Positions 24,308 to 33,837 of a stretch of 38,486 nucleotides of DNA are shown here, piece after piece; position 1 is the stretch's first letter; each line of letters opens with the position of its first letter. The notes beneath the pieces are model-generated. The model had not been told where the DNA came from and ran no database searches. It saw only the letters and a program-made list of their open reading frames with translations. Origin of the DNA: Candidatus Doudnabacteria bacterium (GTDB taxonomy: Bacteria; Patescibacteriota; Doudnabacteria; UBA920); contig JAHFJI010000003.1 of assembly GCA_023245955.1 (NCBI GenBank), forward strand, positions 1 through 38,486, in the 5' to 3' direction. The position numbers and the translations under genes are program-made.

Positions 24308-25039
24308 ATGTTTAAAATAAAAGCACATACAAAAAGAAAAATTCGTAGGGGCACTAAATTGGTAACTAAGTTAATAGAAGCCACTGGCATCCCAGACGGC
24401 TATTCTGCCACCATTGCCTGGTTTGCCGAACGCATGGTGTTGGCTTTCTTGTGCCTCATGGTCCTCTCCTTTGCCCTGGGTGTCATATTTGTGCTCAGAT
24501 GGTCGGAACCGATTGGCAACAGTAGATTTTATAATGCCGCAGCCACAACCACCGAAGAGGGTATCCGTACCTTCTCCCAGCAAGTCATAGATATTACCTC
24601 TCCTATATTGGCAGCCTTTGTAAAAGATAACCGCCAAGAAGTAGACCTAGTAGCCACAGAATTAGCCGTTCGTAAGAGCAAGCTAAAGGCCTACCTTATA
24701 AGCAAACATTCTCCCTTTGCAGACGACGAGACTACCTTAGATGCATTTGTGGCCTCCAAAAACATGCGCATGATGGTAGCTATCTCGTTTGTAGAAAGTA
24801 CCTACGGCCAACACTGTTACTACTATAATTGTAGTGGCATAGGTGGCACTCCCCCAACCCTCAGAAAATACAACAACTATGCCGAGTGGGTAAAAGACTT
24901 TGACCAGCTACTTGAAAAACGCTATAAAAATGTACCCCCAGAAAAGTTTATTGGCTTTTACGTGCAACCTGGAAGTCCCAACTGGATATATGGCGTCAAA
25001 CAAGTCCTCCGCGAATTCAACGAACAAGGCATTGAGTAA
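24308..25039 (+). CDS. Membrane-anchored protein with possible lysozyme-like/glucosaminidase domain
   Basis: One TM; AISFVESTYG...YNCSGIG resembles the lysozyme-superfamily catalytic Glu region. Confidence 0.55.
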   Translation: MFKIKAHTKRKIRRGTKLVTKLIEATGIPDGYSATIAWFAERMVLAFLCLMVLSFALGVIFVLRWSEPIGNSRFYNAAATTTEEGIRTFSQQVIDITSPILAAFVKDNRQEVDLVATELAVRKSKLKAYLISKHSPFADDETTLDAFVASKNMRMMVAISFVESTYGQHCYYYNCSGIGGTPPTLRKYNNYAEWVKDFDQLLEKRYKNVPPEKFIGFYVQPGSPNWIYGVKQVLREFNEQGIE

Positions 25040-25075
25040 TGCCGGAGTCTAAGTGTCCCCATAAAACTCCAACAG

Positions 25076-25112
25076 AACAAAAACTCTGGACGCACTGTCC
25101 GGAGTTTTTGTT
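25076..25112. terminator. Bidirectional terminator
   Basis: aacaaaaactctggac-gcact-gtccggagtttttgtt. Confidence 0.75.
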
Positions 25113-25151
25113 GATAACACTACTGTAGGTCAAGCAGCCCACGATGGATTT

Positions 25152-25490
25152 TTATTTTTTTATGCCGCGGGGTGGTTCATGGATCTTCTCTTTAACTTTC
25201 TTCACGGTTGAGTATACTCCATAAATAATCATAGCTACTAAAACCGCGTATACCCACCATGGTACATTTTGCCCGACTATTAATAGATAAACATAAGCAG
25301 AGATAAAACACAATCCAGCTGTAAGAACGGGTAGAATTATGGATTTTCCATTTTTATATCTATGAACAAGCCATGCAATAGAAAGACTAAAAAATGGAAT
25401 AGCTCCTATGTATACGCTTCCAAAGATTAAAGGGTTAACATGGTAATTGTTGCCGATCGTTTGAAAATAGTTTTGAATCCAAGTTAGCAT
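25152..25490 (-). CDS. Small membrane protein (3 TM)
   Basis: YHVNPLIFG..Y...IPFF, SAYVYLLIVG.NVPWWVY; hydrophobic. Confidence 0.7.
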   Translation of the reverse strand: MLTWIQNYFQTIGNNYHVNPLIFGSVYIGAIPFFSLSIAWLVHRYKNGKSIILPVLTAGLCFISAYVYLLIVGQNVPWWVYAVLVAMIIYGVYSTVKKVKEKIHEPPRGIKK

Positions 25491-25681
25491 TATAAATTGA
25501 AGTCCATTATTATTTATCCATACGCCCATGCGCCGTATGGATTCATTCTATCACGAATAACCACAAACGCTTTTCCACGAGCAAGTGTATTTGTACTATG
25601 ATGACCATTGATTTTTAGGACTTTGTGGTGTAATGCATTCTTTCATAAAAAACCCCGGCCAATTCAGCCGACGTTTTTTGT

Positions 25682-25756
25682 TGGTAGCGCTACGGGGAAT
25701 CGAACCCCGATTTAGTGGATGAAAACCACTTATCCTAACCATTAGATGATAGCGCC
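25682..25756 (-). tRNA. tRNA-Glu (anticodon TTC)
   Basis: GGCGCTA acceptor/TAGCGCT-A-CCA, D-arm TCTAATGGTTAGGA, anticodon arm AGTGG-TTTTCAT-CCACT, T-arm CGGGG-TTCGATT-CCCCG. Confidence 0.96.
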
Positions 25757-25908
25757 ATGAAAACCTGTAAAAACGCAACTATTAATTATGAATCATATAT
25801 CTATTGAACCAGAAATTCTTGCCTCTAAGTTCCTGCTTATAATACAATATTATTACTATTTTATCAAGCTCAATGCCACCATTGAAACTGCCAAGCTAAC
25901 GTGCTACT

Positions 25909-26994
25909 ATGCAACATATGGCACTTACTAAAGGCGAATTAAAAATTTTAAAATCAATTGTAGTTGCGTCGGAAAATAATCCGCGGAAGCCAGAGTTCCC
26001 AGCTGAGAACCCTAAGTTCCCTGCTACACCCACGTACAAAATGAAAGTACCTGGTTTTAATAATGTCTGGTTAAAAGATGAAAGCAAAAACCCAACTGGA
26101 ACGCATAAGGATAGAATGGCTTGGGAAATTATTGTTACCTATCGCCACATTCTGTTGGCCAAACAACGCGGACAAATTAGCGGACCACTCCCCCGCATGT
26201 CCCTTATCTCTTCTGGGTCTGCTGCACTTGCTATTCAAACACAATTTAACAAATACAAACTACCACCCCTCAAGGTCCTGGCAGACTACAAATTGCACAG
26301 CGACATTAAGATAGCTCTTGAGCGTGTGGGCGCAGAAGTGTATGAGGTAGACCTTTCCAGGCGTTTGCTAAAGACACAAGACATACTACAAATAACTAGA
26401 AATGAAAACGGGTTTGATATTACTTCGGCCGAGGCACTAGACCCAACTACGCGCTTCTACGACTGGCTTTCATACGAAATTTTAAATAGTTCGCCCGAGT
26501 ATTGTTTTGTTCCATTTGGAACTGGAAATTTGTACGAGAACATTTTGAATGTTACCAAGCGAGAAGTAACAGGTAGCCATCACGACCCGCGGTTTAAAGG
26601 CAATGTGCGCACACTACAACAGTGCCACTTTCTGGGTGCTACCACAAACAGCCCTGCCTCTCTCGCTACAAAACTATATTCACCCCACCTACCTTTTGTG
26701 CACTACAACGAGCAATGGATTCGCCTGTACCGCACTGCCGGCTACTGTGGTTCTAAGTCAGACGTGTACGTATTTCAAGAAAAATTTTTACAACAGGCAC
26801 TTAAACTAACAAACGAACAAAATATTCAATGTGAACCTTCTGGCATTGCCGGCCTTGCGCTCTTACTACAAATGCGCCGCCAAATACCAAGCAAGGCTAA
26901 AATTCTAATTATAAACACCGGCAAAACAAAATATACTACTGCGCCCAACGTGAAAACTCTAGCGCGTCATGCAAACACTACAGCAAACAAATAG
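25909..26994 (+). CDS. PLP-dependent enzyme, fold type II (threonine synthase/Trp synthase beta superfamily)
   Basis: TP...LKDESKNPTGTHKDR, SSGSA, VPFGTG, CEPSG.AG, INTG. Confidence 0.85.
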   Translation: MQHMALTKGELKILKSIVVASENNPRKPEFPAENPKFPATPTYKMKVPGFNNVWLKDESKNPTGTHKDRMAWEIIVTYRHILLAKQRGQISGPLPRMSLISSGSAALAIQTQFNKYKLPPLKVLADYKLHSDIKIALERVGAEVYEVDLSRRLLKTQDILQITRNENGFDITSAEALDPTTRFYDWLSYEILNSSPEYCFVPFGTGNLYENILNVTKREVTGSHHDPRFKGNVRTLQQCHFLGATTNSPASLATKLYSPHLPFVHYNEQWIRLYRTAGYCGSKSDVYVFQEKFLQQALKLTNEQNIQCEPSGIAGLALLLQMRRQIPSKAKILIINTGKTKYTTAPNVKTLARHANTTANK

Positions 26995-27377
26995 ACTTGC
27001 CTGGGTTACAACTCTTACGGTAATCCTTATTAGGCTTGGGGTATGGCTCGGCCCACATGTGGGTTTTACAGCAGAAGCCTATGCGGGTAGTCTGCGCTGG
27101 CACCATGTATACGGGCATAGCGGTACTGCTCGTTAGTTTTATATTCGTGCGTTGGCAAAAAGTACGCACCCTACTTTTAGGCATTGGGCTCGGACTAATA
27201 ATAGACGAAGTAAATATTTTAGTATCGTGGTTTGGCCTACCCTTACTCCCCTATTGGCAATTTGGTACCATACTTCTAATAGCGTTCCCGCTCGCCATAC
27301 TCCATAGCATCTCACTACACCCAACCGAAACCCCTAATATTCCAATAGTGGACAATTCGCGCGAATGGTCATATTAA
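26969..27377 (+). pseudogene. Frameshifted membrane protein (HH..G ... GLGL..DE family)
   Basis: Frame from ATG 26969 (MQTLQQ...SLRWHH) continues in another frame as MYTGIAVLL...GIGLGLIIDE at 27105. Confidence 0.65.
27345..27375. repeat. Palindrome family A, degenerate copy
   Basis: atagtggacaattcgcgcgaat (22 bp) identical to 27706-27727. Confidence 0.85.
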
Positions 27378-27417
27378 TAACAGTGTGCTATAGTGTCAAT
27401 AATATATACGCCCATCT

Positions 27418-27684
27418 ATGACAAAACGCTGGACTATACTTTTTAAGGTACTCTCAAATATCAACCGAACCAAAATTATTCACATGCTAGCGCATGGCGA
27501 TACCCTGAACGTGACCGAGATTGCGGGCAAACTAAATATTTCTCTCAAAGCAACTTCTAAACACCTTATTATTCTCCAGAACTTAAGCATCCTCAACAAC
27601 GTGGGTCGCCAAGGGCACGTATTCTACACCCTCGGACAAAACATACCGGCAGACGCCCGCAAAGCGATTAAACTTTTTTGCTAA
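27418..27684 (+). CDS. ArsR/SmtB-family winged-HTH regulator
   Basis: FKVLSN.NR.KII..L...LNVTEIA..L.IS..ATSKHL..L....G..VFY.L. Confidence 0.92.
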   Translation: MTKRWTILFKVLSNINRTKIIHMLAHGDTLNVTEIAGKLNISLKATSKHLIILQNLSILNNVGRQGHVFYTLGQNIPADARKAIKLFC

Positions 27685-27706
27685 TCTTTTACTCCAAAAA
27701 TATCGA

Positions 27707-27736
27707 TAGTGGACAATTCGCGCGAATTGTCCACTA
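27707..27736. repeat. Palindrome family A, perfect 30-bp copy
   Basis: tagtggacaattcgc|gcgaattgtccacta. Confidence 0.9.
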
Positions 27737-27900
27737 AAGTAAATACAGCTGTTAAAGATAATAAGCGGCGCCAGCAAATACACCGCCAGCACTGCAATGG
27801 GCTTGGAATCTATGGCTAATTTTTTACTAGCAATATACCCAAGCAGTACCAATATGTAGAGCGGAAGCATACTGGTAAGCAAGGGAGTGGCTGTATTCAT
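27737..27900 (-). pseudogene. N-terminal fragment of an AEC (auxin efflux carrier-like) transporter
   Basis: MLPLYILVLLGY....L..Y.LAP.IIFNS matches the AEC TM1-2 pattern; similarity stops at the palindrome. Confidence 0.65.
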
Positions 27901-27934
27901 ATGCACATTGTAGTATTACTACACTATATTATAG

Positions 27935-28477
27935 TTAGGGCGTAGTAGTAGCCAGTTTAAATAACTTCCGGCGGAGTAGTTTGTAGTTAGGCGTGGTTAG
28001 CGCAACAAGCGACCAAAACTTTTTTGAATGATTCATTTCTCTTGTGTGACACAATTCGTGTACTAATACATAATCGCGTACTTCGGGAGAAACAAATAAA
28101 AGCCTATAACTAAAACTTAACGTACCACTCTTAGAACAACTCCCCCAGCGAGTTTTTTGGTTGCGTATGCTTACCCGCTTGTAGGAAAACTGATAGTGAG
28201 CATTTAGTTCCAAGAGTCTTACCGTAAAGACCCACAAGGCTTCTTTTTTGTGTTGGTTATACTCTGTTCTGCTCCCGGCTCTTTGGGCTGGCACTACGTT
28301 TAGCATTTTGGCTCGCGCCCCAGCTATCCAACTAGACTGGTTAGCTACAAACTGCTCTACCAAAAACCGTGGCATCCGCCACGGCGTACTTACTACTACT
28401 CGTCCACCTGCCAGCACCCGTATGCGCATGTGCTTGGAGCGTTTGTACTTCTTTATTGTGTACTCCAGCTCGCTCAT
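27935..28477 (-). CDS. M48/SprT-like zinc metalloprotease domain protein (YgjP family)
   Basis: IRNQKTRWGSCS, DYVLVHELCH..EMNHS..FW. Confidence 0.92.
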   Translation of the reverse strand: MSELEYTIKKYKRSKHMRIRVLAGGRVVVSTPWRMPRFLVEQFVANQSSWIAGARAKMLNVVPAQRAGSRTEYNQHKKEALWVFTVRLLELNAHYQFSYKRVSIRNQKTRWGSCSKSGTLSFSYRLLFVSPEVRDYVLVHELCHTREMNHSKKFWSLVALTTPNYKLLRRKLFKLATTTP

Positions 28478-28554
28478 CTTTTCTTTTATACCCTTATATA
28501 ATTTAAATATCTTATCGTACTAAAATACTCAAAAGTAACTAAGCTCTTAAAATA

Positions 28555-29145
28555 TTACTTCCTACTCAACCGATTTTCTCCGTGAGATTCTCGGCCAATC
28601 TCCCCGCGTAACTCACGCAATTCTCTAGTACTATGCTCTTTCATGTGCCATGATTCTGCATTTTCTTTTAGTTGCCAAGGTGGAATTTCATATAATGTAT
28701 ATGGCATTTGTAAGTACCGACCGTTTTCTACTTCTATCAGTTCGTGATTAGTACCCCATTCATACTTTCTTACTTCCCCGTATTCTGGTGATATAGAAAC
28801 GACATATCCATCTTCGCCCGCATACTTTAGGGCAATTTCCAAAGAGTCGCTGAACTGTTGAGAAAATACTAAATGAGAGTCTTCCGAAGCTTTCTGTAAG
28901 CGATGCAACGAGTGTAAGGTAGGGTCAGGTAAAACTCGTTCACCCACCCGTGCTGTTTCAAGACTGACTTTTCGCAACCCGCTTATTACCCCTTGCCGTG
29001 CGTGCGCTGTTAATTTCTTCTGTTCAATCTTCCGCTCACGTTGAGCAATTTGTAAAGATAGATAAGCATCTAAAAATTGTTCCTGGGTTGTTTTGGGAAT
29101 ATGTTGCGATTCTTGCAAGCCACGATATAAAATAATCTTTGCCAT
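28555..29145 (-). CDS. Hypothetical protein, possible ADP-ribosyltransferase-like fold
   Basis: ILYRGL and FSDSLEIALKYAG..GYVVSI motifs. Confidence 0.5.
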   Translation of the reverse strand: MAKIILYRGLQESQHIPKTTQEQFLDAYLSLQIAQRERKIEQKKLTAHARQGVISGLRKVSLETARVGERVLPDPTLHSLHRLQKASEDSHLVFSQQFSDSLEIALKYAGEDGYVVSISPEYGEVRKYEWGTNHELIEVENGRYLQMPYTLYEIPPWQLKENAESWHMKEHSTRELRELRGEIGRESHGENRLSRK

Positions 29146-29187
29146 ATTAGTAGGTTATGTGTACTGGTTTCCGAAAAAATCCACCTA

Positions 29188-30855
29188 TTAATTTCGAGTG
29201 TCTAATTTAGCTTCTTTTACCCGCTGCTTAGCTTCACTGTCTGCACGTGACCAATAGTAGTCGTTGTGGTCTACAAACTGCATTGCATTTGCTCGCCAGG
29301 GCGTTTGTGCCTCTATGAATTTATGCATAGCTTGCACAGCCTTGCGGTAATGCGGGTGGCCTTGTGGTGTACTGCGCAGTTCAAACATGTGCATAGCTGA
29401 CCTGTCGTTTAAACCAATTGTCCAACGCACCAAGTGGCCATGCAACACCGCATATTGCGCTAATTCCGGGTTATGCGCATGCATAATCTTGTACAATTTT
29501 TCGCTCCTACGCACACACTCTTCTACTTCTGCTTGCTTGCCAAGTGCAATAAGTTCTTCCGGCATTACAAACCCGTGCCGAACCGTAAACAGTTGCCGCT
29601 GTTGCGTAGACATACGGTGGCGTTGCAAATCCTTATACACGCCAAAGTCTGTTAACATATCAAAAGTATACGGGTAGCCGTCCTCCAATGCCCGCCCCGG
29701 TCGGTCTCTCCGCGTAACTCGGTTGCCTAAATAAGTTTCTATAATATTCTTGCGCTCTATTAGATCTAGTCCTACCACCATTTGTATTAACGCGGATAAC
29801 GAAACTTCTGCGTATGGATAGAGCATGGCGGCTATGACTTGTACATCCGTAGCTTCAAGCAATGCTTCTTGTACAGATTTTCCCAAGTTTAAAAATCTTT
29901 CAATTAACTCCACTGTGTTAATAAGTTTATACTGCGCCGATGTAAACTCACCCTCTTTGGGAAGATCGTACTTACCCGCCAACACACGCATATTGCTACG
30001 GACAGACACTACATATTCACTCCGTTTAGCTCTGCGCACATACATGGGAATTATTTCTGCTAAAGCAGCCTGTGCCCCAGATGCAAGCGCCTGGTCTTCT
30101 GGTAAGTCGCTAGAGAGCATGCTAGAAATCATGTTTTGGAAAAACCGTCCGTTGCCATACACCCCAACATTTGCAAACGCAGATATGGGTAATAAGTAAC
30201 GCAAAATATCGCATGCCTTGGCGCGCAAGTCAAAAGTGTAGGTACGATTAAAATCTTTTATTTGGCGTTCATCAGTTAAATCTGCCAATCGCTGTTTCAC
30301 CCCGCCACCTTGCAAATCGTACTCCGCCTGTGCAAGTGGTTTTTGCTTTTCCAAATAAGCCTTAAGAGGTTCAACTAGCGACGCGTATGTTTCAAAACAA
30401 AAGTCCATAGTGGCTGTGTACTCTTTGCCAAATGGAGCGCCTAACAATTCCGCGCCACGATAATATAGCCAATTACCCTGTTCATCTTTTTGGTCGTAGA
30501 GTACATACCGAGTAGACTGCACTATAAACGCGCCACCAATTCGGTGGTCTACTATAGATTTTTCCGCGACCCAAGAAACGTTTTCAAAACTTACATGAGC
30601 ACCTTCTAACTCCCCCACGCTGTCGTCCCCATAAGCAATTAAAATTCGTTCAATAAGCTCGTTAGCGTGCACCGGGTCTACCAGACCTTCTTTAATAAAC
30701 TCTTTAAGCAATGTTTCCCGAAACCCGCCCTTTGCCCGAGAGTACCGAGCGTAGGCCGCACCCACCAAACCCTCCATTTCTCTCACCGCAAACACATTTG
30801 CTTCTGTTGAAGTAACGTATTTTTCTAGCAGTTTTTTTTCTTCTGGCGTAAACAT
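29188..30855 (-). CDS. thyX: FAD-dependent thymidylate synthase, tandem-domain ThyX
   Basis: ARYSR, YGDDSVGEL, QSTRY, LRYLLP; second domain DLQRHR...ELRSTPQGH..YR; co-located with tmk, dut and dcd. Confidence 0.9.
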   Translation of the reverse strand: MFTPEEKKLLEKYVTSTEANVFAVREMEGLVGAAYARYSRAKGGFRETLLKEFIKEGLVDPVHANELIERILIAYGDDSVGELEGAHVSFENVSWVAEKSIVDHRIGGAFIVQSTRYVLYDQKDEQGNWLYYRGAELLGAPFGKEYTATMDFCFETYASLVEPLKAYLEKQKPLAQAEYDLQGGGVKQRLADLTDERQIKDFNRTYTFDLRAKACDILRYLLPISAFANVGVYGNGRFFQNMISSMLSSDLPEDQALASGAQAALAEIIPMYVRRAKRSEYVVSVRSNMRVLAGKYDLPKEGEFTSAQYKLINTVELIERFLNLGKSVQEALLEATDVQVIAAMLYPYAEVSLSALIQMVVGLDLIERKNIIETYLGNRVTRRDRPGRALEDGYPYTFDMLTDFGVYKDLQRHRMSTQQRQLFTVRHGFVMPEELIALGKQAEVEECVRRSEKLYKIMHAHNPELAQYAVLHGHLVRWTIGLNDRSAMHMFELRSTPQGHPHYRKAVQAMHKFIEAQTPWRANAMQFVDHNDYYWSRADSEAKQRVKEAKLDTRN

Positions 30856-30859
30856 ACAC

Positions 30860-31453
30860 TTATAGCACCAACTTAATATGCGACCAGGCCTGGTCACTAA
30901 CCTGTTCTATACTTGCGTTTGCATCTACATGTTTCCAGCCGTACTCCGCAGCCAAGTGCTCATGCACCTGTCTTACTCTTTCTACCAGTTCGCTATTCGA
31001 CTCATGCGTATGCCCTTGCTCTATGCTTTCGACAAACCGACTTCCTCTAAATATAAGCGCCAAGTCCTCACGCAGGCAAAATTTATTTATACTCATTAGA
31101 AAATTAAAATCTACACCCGCTCCAGTACCCCAAGACACGCCCGTACCCCAATAGTCTTCAGCAACTACAAAATCTACCCTGCCTAAAAGCTCTTCAAGTC
31201 TTGAAGCATACTGCCCTCGGTTAAAAGTATAAAAGATTTGCGCCTCTCGTGGAGTAAGCCCCCACGGATTCCCTTTTCTCAAATAATCGTTCAAAATAAT
31301 ACCGCTTGGGTCTTCTGCATACAACGGATACTTAATATACTCCGATGTCTTGCCGGCCTCCTTCAACCGCTGAATCAAAAGCCTTGCCTGGGTAGATTTA
31401 CCCAAATTATTTATACCATATAGCACAATAAGTTTACCTCTGGATTCCTGCAT
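30860..31453 (-). CDS. tmk: Thymidylate kinase
   Basis: GKLIVLYGINNLGKSTQ P-loop, KYP, NR, hhhEDY..TG; operon context. Confidence 0.88.
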   Translation of the reverse strand: MQESRGKLIVLYGINNLGKSTQARLLIQRLKEAGKTSEYIKYPLYAEDPSGIILNDYLRKGNPWGLTPREAQIFYTFNRGQYASRLEELLGRVDFVVAEDYWGTGVSWGTGAGVDFNFLMSINKFCLREDLALIFRGSRFVESIEQGHTHESNSELVERVRQVHEHLAAEYGWKHVDANASIEQVSDQAWSHIKLVL

Positions 31454-31511
31454 TGTGTATTTAAATCGGATGTTAGATGTTTACTGACAACTGACTACTA
31501 TATTCTGACTA

Positions 31512-31952
31512 CTAACTCGTATACCCACCGGTACTGCCCAGACCTCCTCTACTCTCTTCACGAATTCGAGCGACATCTTCCCACTCAACCTGTTGTACGG
31601 GTAAAAATATACCCTGCACCAAACGTTCTCCCTTTTCTATTACCACCTCTTTATCCGAAAAATTATGCAAAATAATAAATATTTCGTCCTCCGAGCCACT
31701 ATAGTCGCGGTCTATAGTTCCCACGCCATTAGCCAAATCCAAACCTTTTTTGGAAGACAGACTACTCCTGCAAGTAAGCATTAAAAAATACCCCGCGGGT
31801 GCTTCTATAACTAAACCAGTACGCACTTTTTTTACCTCGCTCGGATTTATTACCAAACTCTCACCAGCAGCAATATCAAACCCCGCCGACTCACTCGTGT
31901 GGTACTCGGGTAGCTGTACATCTGGCAAAACTCTAGTAATTTTCGCTTTCAT
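31512..31952 (-). CDS. dut: dUTP diphosphatase
   Basis: SAGFD, RSSL, GTIDRDYSG, GERLVQ, RGGLGSTG. Confidence 0.96.
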   Translation of the reverse strand: MKAKITRVLPDVQLPEYHTSESAGFDIAAGESLVINPSEVKKVRTGLVIEAPAGYFLMLTCRSSLSSKKGLDLANGVGTIDRDYSGSEDEIFIILHNFSDKEVVIEKGERLVQGIFLPVQQVEWEDVARIREESRGGLGSTGGYTS

Positions 31953-31967
31953 ATGTTGTTCGCTAAT

Positions 31968-32051
31968 ACACTAATTTCACAAATACCACGAATTTACAAC
32001 CAGCTCTCGTATAATAAAGATTTACATCGGTGATATTCGTGTTATTCGTGT
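31968..32051. repeat. CACGAAT/ATTCGTG multi-unit inverted repeat in the dcd-dut spacer
   Basis: cactaat-cacaaat-cacgaat ... atcggtg-attcgtg-attcgtg. Confidence 0.6.
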
Positions 32052-32644
32052 GTTAGGGGATAATCCAGCCACTCGTTATTTTTTACAAAGTTCTTGTAAT
32101 ACTGACTAGCCTTAGGTTTCATATCTTTAAAGTACTTACTACCCAAGTCGCCCGTGGCATAGGGCACGTCTACCGGGCTGGTTAGTTTTACAAACACTGC
32201 TTGTGCCACTGGCATTTTGTAGTAGAGCTTTATTGGCAGATTAGCCAGATTCACTAGCTCTAGAGTTATCTTGAGTACATTACCAGGGTCTATGTAGCCG
32301 GCAGTAGTGTGTACGATAAGCCCTACCCGGCCAAGACTGGACTTACCGTTGAGTTGAAGTACTAAGTCATTTGGCATAGACACTGTTTCGTAGGTCATGC
32401 CAAGCGCAAACTCCCCCGGATGCAAAACAAACTGGCGAGACTCGTCTATAGTTACTTCTTCCATCATAGCGTCTGTGGGCTGGCCTGGGTCTATACAAAC
32501 ATGCTGGTTGTTTTTAAACACCAAAAAGTCCCCACTCAAATGCAAGTCTACACTAGCAGGTTGAATACTATTAGGGAATAAGGGGTCTATTTTTATATGC
32601 CCAGTTTCCAGAGCTTTTTTTAGGTCACGGTCGGATAGAATCAT
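32042..32644 (-). CDS. dcd: dCTP deaminase
   Basis: MILSDRD, QPASVDL, HPGEF.L..T.E, GKSSLGR.GL..H.TAG.IDPG, ITLEL.N. Confidence 0.95.
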   Translation of the reverse strand: MILSDRDLKKALETGHIKIDPLFPNSIQPASVDLHLSGDFLVFKNNQHVCIDPGQPTDAMMEEVTIDESRQFVLHPGEFALGMTYETVSMPNDLVLQLNGKSSLGRVGLIVHTTAGYIDPGNVLKITLELVNLANLPIKLYYKMPVAQAVFVKLTSPVDVPYATGDLGSKYFKDMKPKASQYYKNFVKNNEWLDYPLTHE

Positions 32645-32721
32645 AAGTACACTTTACTTCCAAAACTATTGTACCACGAAACTAGAGTCTTTATCCCCCA
32701 GCTCCTAAACAAGTGTTAAAA

Positions 32722-33177
32722 CTATGTTTTAATATTAAGAGGCATATGCCATTTTTTAAGCCAACTTCTTGCCTTTTGCTTACGAAAATCCACCACTCTG
32801 GTTTTCAATATCTCATTTAGCTCGCCTATGGCTGTGTGATAACTGCTTTGCAAGCCAGCGTCAATATAATCTGGACTTAATGCATTTACCCTAGCAATAT
32901 TATTTTTCCACTCAAAAGCATAATCAAACACATCTCTAACATATTGACCAGGTACTTCTTCTGCATTGTTATTTTGGATAGCTCTCAACATGGGCACCAC
33001 CATAGCAGATAACCTATCCATAGTTGAATGTATATCTCGCTCAGTCTGCTCCCTCTCTCGGTCTTCTGCGCTTTTGGTTTCTGGGGTAGGCCGAGTGGAT
33101 TGTGCGAACTGAGCTTCAAGTCTTTTTTGTTCTATGCGTTTCTTTTCCTCTTCAAAACGGAATATTTTTTCGGGCAT
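32722..33177 (-). CDS. Hypothetical protein
   Basis: 151-aa ORF co-directional with neighbours; no family recognised. Confidence 0.65.
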   Translation of the reverse strand: MPEKIFRFEEEKKRIEQKRLEAQFAQSTRPTPETKSAEDREREQTERDIHSTMDRLSAMVVPMLRAIQNNNAEEVPGQYVRDVFDYAFEWKNNIARVNALSPDYIDAGLQSSYHTAIGELNEILKTRVVDFRKQKARSWLKKWHMPLNIKT

Positions 33178-33195
33178 GTCAGTACAATAATTAAC

Positions 33196-33735
33196 CTAGG
33201 CAAGGTCTGGCTTGAGTAAAGAACCAAACTTGTCATGGAACTTTTTAATCTTCGGTGAAATAACCAGCTGGCAATACGGTTGCCCTGCATTTTGGTTGTA
33301 GTAGTCTTGATGGTAATCTTCTGCAGAGTAAAACGCTTCCAACGGCATAACCTCAGTGACAATATCGTCTACATATTCTCCCTGCTGGGTTAGCTTTTGT
33401 ATATACTGCAAGGCTTGTTACTTCTGCATGTTAGAAGTGTAAAATATGGCTGACCTGTACTGCGTACCCGCATCGTTACCCTGCCTATTTAGGGTTGTTG
33501 GGTCGTGAATGGTAAAGAACATAGCAAGTAGAGTCTCGTAGGATACGATATCGGAATCAAACTCTAGCTTCACTACTTCTGCATGGCCACTTCGCCCACC
33601 GCCCACCTGCCCATACGTTGGGTTAGCCAACGCTCCCCCAGCATAACCAGAAATTACTTTGCTTACGCCATGTACTTGCTGAAATACGGCTTCTAGACAC
33701 CAGAAGCACCCACCGGCAAAAACTGCTGTTTCCAT
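33196..33735 (-). pseudogene. msrA: Peptide methionine sulfoxide reductase A interrupted by an in-frame TAA (33418-33420)
   Basis: [25 protein letters not shown], then * and same-frame FYSAEDYHQDYY...YC. Confidence 0.9.
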
Positions 33736-33837
33736 ATGTGTTGTTAGTAATAAGTAAATAGTAATAAGTAGCTAGCAAAACCAACGTACTGAACTGCTAA
33801 ACAAGTGGTTTAAACAATTTAGCAATCAAGCAATTTG

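Noticed and set aside
25130-25756. tRNA-Glu as an integration site
   Set aside because: No duplicate of the tRNA 3' end and no adjacent integrase seen in the window.
25596-25778. 60-aa ORF
   Set aside because: It overlaps the tRNA-Glu gene entirely.
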